NCBI RefSeq assembly: GCF_030013595.1
Contig: NZ_CP122768.1
Direction: 5' to 3' (one strand)
Origin: Escherichia coli
GTDB lineage: Bacteria > Pseudomonadota > Gammaproteobacteria > Enterobacterales > Enterobacteriaceae
DNA length: 64,000 nt
A model generated the notes under the pieces. That model saw nothing but the letters and a program-made list of their open reading frames with translations. It was not told where the DNA came from and ran no database searches. The translations under genes were made by a program, and so were the position numbers. This document shows, one piece after another, positions 58,591 to 64,000 of the stretch (positions are counted from its first letter, which is position 1; every line of letters starts with the position of its first letter).

Positions 58591-58712
58591 AAGAATCTGG
58601 CTTATACCTTAGCAAACTGGCCAAAACTGGACAATAAAAAACCCGCAAGCCTTGTGTGGCGCGGGTTTCGTCTGATTAACTGGCCGTATCTGATACTAAC
58701 CGAATGTCAATT

Positions 58713-58788
58713 TGGTGGCCCCTGCTGGACTTGAACCAGCGACCAAGCGATTATGAGTCGCCTGCTCTAACCACTGAGCTAAGGGGCC
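58713..58788 (-). tRNA. ileX: tRNA-Ile2 (anticodon CAU, lysidine-modified), ileX
   Basis: 76 nt: GGCCCCTTAGCTCAGTGGTTAGAGCAGGCGACTCATAATCGCTTGGTCGCTGGTTCAAGTCCAGCAGGGGCCACCA. Cloverleaf arms and encoded CCA are present. Confidence 0.93.
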
Positions 58789-58912
58789 ATGGTAGCGGAT
58801 TATAAAGTAACTCCGTGTCGCAATCCAGCCATTACCGCGCGCCTGCTGTTTTTATAAACAATGTATTTTCAATCCGTTATACTTTTCCTGGTGATGTTAG
58901 AAAGGAGTAAAT

Positions 58913-59419
58913 ATGGTTGAGGATATTTTGGCTCCAGGGTTACGGGTCGTGTTTTGCGGTATCAACCCTGGGCTTTCATCTGCCGGGACTGGTTTTCCCT
59001 TTGCTCATCCGGCAAATCGCTTCTGGAAGGTGATATATCAGGCCGGGTTTACCGACCGTCAGTTGAAGCCGCAGGAGTCACAGCATCTGCTGGATTATCG
59101 TTGTGGCGTCACCAAACTGGTAGACCGTCCAACGGTGCAAGCCAATGAAGTTTCAAAGCAAGAACTACACGCAGGCGGGCGTAAGCTGATTGAAAAAATT
59201 GAAGATTATCAGCCGCAGGCGTTGGCGATTCTGGGCAAACAAGCATATGAACAGGGATTCAGCCAGCGCGGTGCACAGTGGGGGAAACAAACGCTCACCA
59301 TTGGTTCGACGCAGATTTGGGTGCTGCCAAATCCCAGTGGTTTAAGTCGCGTTTCACTGGAGAAACTGGTTGAAGCGTATCGCGAGCTGGACCAGGCGCT
59401 GGTAGTGCGTGGGCGATAA
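58913..59419 (+). CDS. mug: G/U mismatch-specific uracil DNA glycosylase Mug
   Basis: 168-aa ORF with the GINPG motif visible. Confidence 0.94.
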   Translation: MVEDILAPGLRVVFCGINPGLSSAGTGFPFAHPANRFWKVIYQAGFTDRQLKPQESQHLLDYRCGVTKLVDRPTVQANEVSKQELHAGGRKLIEKIEDYQPQALAILGKQAYEQGFSQRGAQWGKQTLTIGSTQIWVLPNPSGLSRVSLEKLVEAYRELDQALVVRGR

Positions 59420-59447
59420 AAAACGCCACCGAAAAGGTGGCGTTTGT
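59417..59447. terminator. bidirectional intrinsic terminator between mug and rpoD
   Basis: ACGCCACC-GAAAA-GGTGGCGT, flanked by A6 and TTTG. Confidence 0.85.
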
Positions 59448-59459
59448 GCAGAGGGCCTA

Positions 59460-59494
59460 GTGCCGGGTGCGGCGTAACGCCTGATCCGGCCTAC
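59460..59494. repeat. REP unit
   Basis: GTGCCGGGTGCGGCGTAACGCCTGATCCGGCCTAC. Confidence 0.75.
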
Positions 59495-59497
59495 CGA

Positions 59498-61339
59498 TTA
59501 ATCGTCCAGGAAGCTACGCAGCACTTCAGAACGGCTCGGGTGACGCAGTTTGCGCAGCGCCTTCGCTTCGATCTGACGGATACGTTCGCGGGTAACGTCG
59601 AACTGTTTACCCACTTCTTCCAGCGTGTGGTCGGTGTTCATATCGATACCGAAGCGCATACGCAGAACTTTCGCTTCACGCGCGGTCAGGCCAGCCAGCA
59701 CGTCGTGCGTTGCCGCACGCAGGCTTTCGGTGGTCGCAGAATCCAGCGGCAGCTCGAGGGTGGTATCCTCGATGAAATCCCCCAGATGCGAATCTTCATC
59801 ATCACCGATCGGCGTTTCCATGGAGATTGGCTCTTTGGCGATCTTCAGCACTTTGCGGATCTTATCTTCCGGCATAAGCATACGTTCAGCCAGTTCTTCC
59901 GGCGTCGGCTCGCGGCCCATCTCTTGCAGCATCTGGCGAGAAATACGGTTGAGCTTGTTGATAGTCTCAATCATATGCACCGGAATTCGGATGGTGCGCG
60001 CCTGATCCGCGATAGAGCGGGTGATCGCCTGACGGATCCACCAGGTTGCGTAGGTGGAGAACTTGTAACCACGGCGGTATTCGAATTTATCAACCGCTTT
60101 CATCAGGCCGATGTTACCTTCCTGAATCAGGTCAAGGAACTGCAAGCCACGGTTGGTGTATTTCTTGGCGATAGAAATAACCAGACGTAAGTTCGCTTCA
60201 ACCATCTCTTTCTTCGCACGGCGGGCTTTCGCTTCACCGATGGACATACGACGGTTGATATCTTTAACCTGCTCGATGGTCAGGCCCGTTTCTTCTTCAA
60301 TCTGCTGCAGTTTCTGCAGGGCGCGATGCACTTCTTCAGAGACATCGTGCAGTTTTTCCGACCACGGCTTGTTCATCGCAATTGCCGCGTTGAACCAGGT
60401 ATCGCTGGTTTCGTTGCCGGTAAACAGGGTAATGAAGTTTTTCTTCGGCATTTTGCACTGCTCAACGCAGAGCTTCATGATCAGACGTTCTTGCGTACGA
60501 ACGCGGTCCATCATGACGCGCATGCTGTTGACCAGGTAGTCAAACTGCTTCGGCACCAGGCGGAACTGTTTGAATACTTCAGACAGTTTCAGGATCTCTT
60601 CCTGAGCGGCAGCGTGACTGCGACCTTTCGCTTTGATGGTGTCACGCGTTACAACGTACTGAGCGCGCAGTTCCGCAAATTTTTCACGAGCCAGTTCCGG
60701 GTCGATGCTGTTGTCATCATCGGCGCTGTCGTCATCGCCATCTTCTTCGTCTTCATCTTCGTCATCGTCCAGATCTTCCTGGGAAAGCTCAGAACCGACG
60801 TGAGTGGCGGTAGGTGCCAGATCTTCTTCTGCGTTCGGGTCAACAAAGCCGGTGATCAGATCGGACAGACGCGCTTCTTCTGCTTCAACACGATCGTACT
60901 GTTCCAGCAGATAGGTGATCGCTTCCGGATATTCAGCAACGGAGCATTGAACCTGGTTGATCCCGTCTTCAATACGCTTAGCGATGTCAATTTCGCCTTC
61001 GCGGGTCAACAGTTCAACGGTGCCCATTTCACGCATGTACATGCGTACCGGGTCAGTCGTGCGCCCGATTTCAGATTCCACGCTGGAAAGCACCTGCGCG
61101 GCGGCTTCGGCAGCATCTTCGTCCGCGGTGTTTTCAGCCAGCATCAGATCATCGGCATCCGGTGCTTCTTCCATCACCTGAATGCCCATGTCGTTGATCA
61201 TTTGGATGATGTCTTCGATCTGATCTGAATCGACGATATCTTCCGGCAGATGGTCATTGACCTCGGCATAGGTCAGATAGCCTTGCTCCTTACCACGGGT
61301 GACAAGAAGTTTCAGCTGTGACTGCGGGTTTTGCTCCAT
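59498..61339 (-). CDS. rpoD: RNA polymerase sigma-70 RpoD
   Basis: 613-aa ORF recognised as RpoD. Confidence 0.98.
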   Translation of the reverse strand: MEQNPQSQLKLLVTRGKEQGYLTYAEVNDHLPEDIVDSDQIEDIIQMINDMGIQVMEEAPDADDLMLAENTADEDAAEAAAQVLSSVESEIGRTTDPVRMYMREMGTVELLTREGEIDIAKRIEDGINQVQCSVAEYPEAITYLLEQYDRVEAEEARLSDLITGFVDPNAEEDLAPTATHVGSELSQEDLDDDEDEDEEDGDDDSADDDNSIDPELAREKFAELRAQYVVTRDTIKAKGRSHAAAQEEILKLSEVFKQFRLVPKQFDYLVNSMRVMMDRVRTQERLIMKLCVEQCKMPKKNFITLFTGNETSDTWFNAAIAMNKPWSEKLHDVSEEVHRALQKLQQIEEETGLTIEQVKDINRRMSIGEAKARRAKKEMVEANLRLVISIAKKYTNRGLQFLDLIQEGNIGLMKAVDKFEYRRGYKFSTYATWWIRQAITRSIADQARTIRIPVHMIETINKLNRISRQMLQEMGREPTPEELAERMLMPEDKIRKVLKIAKEPISMETPIGDDEDSHLGDFIEDTTLELPLDSATTESLRAATHDVLAGLTAREAKVLRMRFGIDMNTDHTLEEVGKQFDVTRERIRQIEAKALRKLRHPSRSEVLRSFLDD

Positions 61340-61533
61340 AAGACGGTATCCACACTTATTTCATGAGGTTGGTGTTGGGCGATTGACCCGATGTCCTTCA
61401 GCCGTTAACGCTGAAATCCAACGGTTGTTTACCGCCAACGATAATTACGAGGGCGTACTTATATATTTGCCGCTGCCTCTCAGTGCGGCTGTCGGGGGCT
61501 TCCCGATCGCTCTTCGGCACTTAAGCCGTTAAA

Positions 61534-63279
61534 TCACTTTTTCGCCAGCTCCTGGTTTAATGTCCAGAGCTCCAGGCGTTCTTCGTTGCTTAAACCATGC
61601 GTGCGCTCACGAGCGATTAACTCTTCCTGGCGCAGTTCAAGCAGCGAATCAAACATATGGTTGAGTGAGTCGGTGAAGGTTTGCTCAGCAATATTCTTAT
61701 CTGCTATATCGTCCCACATCGACAGTTTTTCAAGGGTGGCAGCATTATTTGTACCACGATAGTGCTCTAAAAGTTGCCCGGTGGTCAGACCTGGCTGGGA
61801 GAGACAAGTGTTGACCAGTTCTCTGAATAAGCCAAGTCCAGGGAGCTTATTTTCATCCAGATTCTCAAGCGGCGGGACCAACGTCGCTAATTCTGGATTT
61901 TGCACCAGCAACCCTATAAGTATACGCATGGTCGTGCGTTTTAGCTGCGGAACAGGGCGAGAAACGCCGCTCTCTGCCGCTTTTGGCATTAATCGTTCAA
62001 GCTGGCTGTCATCAAGTATGCCTAATTTGTTGCCTAATTCCTGACGAAGATATATTCGCAGCGTTTCGCCCGGCACTTGCGATATCAATGGCAGTGCCAG
62101 CGTACTCAAACGTGCGCGCCCGTCAGGGGTACTCAGATCAACTTGCGGCATCAGACTGTTAAACAGAAATGCGGAGAGTGGCATCGCCTGCTCCATCCGC
62201 GCTTCAAACGCTTCTTTACCTTCTTTTCGTACCAGCGTGTCAGGGTCTTCGCCATCCGGCAAAAACATAAAGCGTAGCTGACGACCGTCTGTCATGTAAG
62301 GCAGCGCCGTTTCCAGCGCTCGCCAGGCGGCATCGCGGCCTGCACGGTCGCCGTCATAACAGCAAATGACATTGTTGGTCGCGCGGAACAACAGTTGTAT
62401 GTGATCGGCGGTGGTTGACGTACCTAACGACGCAACGGCGTAATTAATGCCGTATTGCGCCAGCGCCACCACGTCCATATAGCCTTCGACCACAAGCAGA
62501 CGATTGGGTTCAGCGTTATCCTGCTGCGCTTCATAAAGACCGTAAAGCTGGCGGCCTTTATGGAAAATGTCCGTTTCCGGCGAGTTCAGGTATTTGGGGG
62601 TATCGTTGCCCAGCACACGCCCGCCAAAACCAATCACCCGACCGCGTTTATCACGAATGGGGAACATCACCCGCTCGCGGAAACGGTCGTAACTGCGCCC
62701 CTGATCGTTAGTGACCAACATCCCCGCATCAATCAATGACTGGCGATTTTCTGGATTGCCGCCAAACCGCTTCAGGACGTTGTCCCAGCCGGGGGGCGCA
62801 AAACCAATCGCAAAGCGGGCGATAACCTCGTGGCTTAATCCGCGTTTTTCCAGATACTGGCGCGCAGACGTGGCAACAGGTTGTTGTAAAGATTGTTGGT
62901 AAAACGTATTCAGACCGTCCATCAACTGATAAAGCGTTTGCCGCTGATGGCGCTCGATCTGGCTGGGGCCGCTGCCTGCTTCAAATGGCACTTCAAGATT
63001 GTGCATTGCTGCCAGCTCTTCGACCGTTTCGACGAACTCTAGCTTGTCGTAGTTCATCAGGAAGTCGATCGCGTTGCCGTGCGCGCCACATCCAAAGCAG
63101 TGGTAAAACTGTTTCTCACCGTTAACGGTGAATGACGGGGTTTTCTCGTTGTGGAATGGACAACACGCGTGGAAATTCTTGCCCTGCTTTTTCAGCTTTA
63201 CACGGGCATCGATCAGATCGACGATGTCAGTGCGTGCCAGCAGATCATTAATGAATACGCGTGGGATTCGTCCAGCCAT
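61534..63279 (-). CDS. dnaG: DNA primase DnaG
   Basis: 581-aa ORF with a CHC2 zinc finger (CCPFHNEKTPSFTV...CFGCG). Confidence 0.98.
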   Translation of the reverse strand: MAGRIPRVFINDLLARTDIVDLIDARVKLKKQGKNFHACCPFHNEKTPSFTVNGEKQFYHCFGCGAHGNAIDFLMNYDKLEFVETVEELAAMHNLEVPFEAGSGPSQIERHQRQTLYQLMDGLNTFYQQSLQQPVATSARQYLEKRGLSHEVIARFAIGFAPPGWDNVLKRFGGNPENRQSLIDAGMLVTNDQGRSYDRFRERVMFPIRDKRGRVIGFGGRVLGNDTPKYLNSPETDIFHKGRQLYGLYEAQQDNAEPNRLLVVEGYMDVVALAQYGINYAVASLGTSTTADHIQLLFRATNNVICCYDGDRAGRDAAWRALETALPYMTDGRQLRFMFLPDGEDPDTLVRKEGKEAFEARMEQAMPLSAFLFNSLMPQVDLSTPDGRARLSTLALPLISQVPGETLRIYLRQELGNKLGILDDSQLERLMPKAAESGVSRPVPQLKRTTMRILIGLLVQNPELATLVPPLENLDENKLPGLGLFRELVNTCLSQPGLTTGQLLEHYRGTNNAATLEKLSMWDDIADKNIAEQTFTDSLNHMFDSLLELRQEELIARERTHGLSNEERLELWTLNQELAKK

Positions 63280-63303
63280 AGGCCCCGATTTTTAGCAATT
63301 CAT

Positions 63304-63342
63304 AAACGAAAATAAGCCGCGCATTCCTTTCGGAAGCACGGC
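63304..63342 (-). terminator. terminator T1 between rpsU and dnaG
   Basis: The minus strand reads GCCGUGCUUCC-GAAA-GGAAUGCGCGGC followed by UUAUUUUCGUUU. Confidence 0.75.
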
Positions 63343-63389
63343 CTTACAACTACAACTCGGTCTGATCGGAGAGCAACGCTCTCGGGGAA

Positions 63390-63644
<255 letters not shown>

Positions 63645-63824
63645 TCAACGCCAGCTTATTTCAAAATGGTGCGGAATTTTACTGCAATTGCTGCTGCTTT
63701 GTAAAGCACCGCGGCCTTTTTTGAAAGGGACTTTTATAAGGGTGAGGAGTATACACGAGGCTTTCTCCAGGGGCGAACAAAGTTTTACATCAACCCGCAT
63801 TGGTCCTACACTGCGCGGTAATAA

Positions 63825-64000
<176 letters not shown>

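Larger units (their letters stand above)
50396..58712 (-). mobile_element. ileX-integrated genomic island, ~8.3 kb (P4-type int, alpA, primase, helicase; satellite/PICI-like; no structural genes)
   Basis: The integrase abuts the 3' end of the tRNA. A degenerate copy of the tRNA 3' segment (TGGCC-CTGCTG against TGGCCCCTGCTG) lies at 50396-50406. A 22-nt direct repeat lies near both ends. The boundaries are approximate. Confidence 0.75.

Noticed and set aside
50396-58712. Looked for cos/pac-type sites (lambda-like GGGCGGCGACCT, P2/P4-type cos), and for capsid, terminase-small or Psu/Sid-like genes in the island.
   Set aside because: None was recognisable by eye. Absence cannot be proven without searches, so no such feature is reported.

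Overview
Escherichia coli chromosome segment, collinear with the K-12 tdcD...tsaD region but in inverted orientation. The conserved backbone runs tdcDEFG, cyuPA (yhaOM), yhaL-H, yqjG-A, exuRT, uxaCA, ygjV, sstT, alx, ygjRQP, rlmG, fadH, ygjKJI, ebgCAR, ygjH, patA, aer, yqjI/yqjH, ileX, mug, rpoD-dnaG-rpsU and the start of tsaD. Three accessory insertions interrupt it. (1) A 1432-bp IS3-family element, IS1397-like, sits inside a REP palindrome at 8403-9834. (2) A ~1.9-kb REP-bracketed insert between fadH and ygjK carries three diverged tandem copies of an unrecognised ~120-165-aa module fused into one 452-aa ORF (33239-34597), followed by a frameshifted 108-aa tail ORF. (3) A ~8.3-kb island integrated at tRNA ileX (~50.4-58.7 kb) carries a P4-type integrase, an AT-rich orphan 292-aa cargo gene, alpA, a structured leader with an intrinsic terminator, three small translationally coupled genes, a primase, a DUF927/SF3-type helicase and an iteron-type origin. 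It has no capsid, packaging or lysis genes. The best candidates for something undescribed are the orphan gene in the int-alpA slot of this satellite-like island and the triple-paralog array next to fadH. Other points: yhaH looks frameshifted, the K-12 higBA pair appears absent, and a GC-rich multi-helix element lies upstream of sstT. No CRISPR array or rRNA was seen. All homology statements come from recognition by eye, not from searches.
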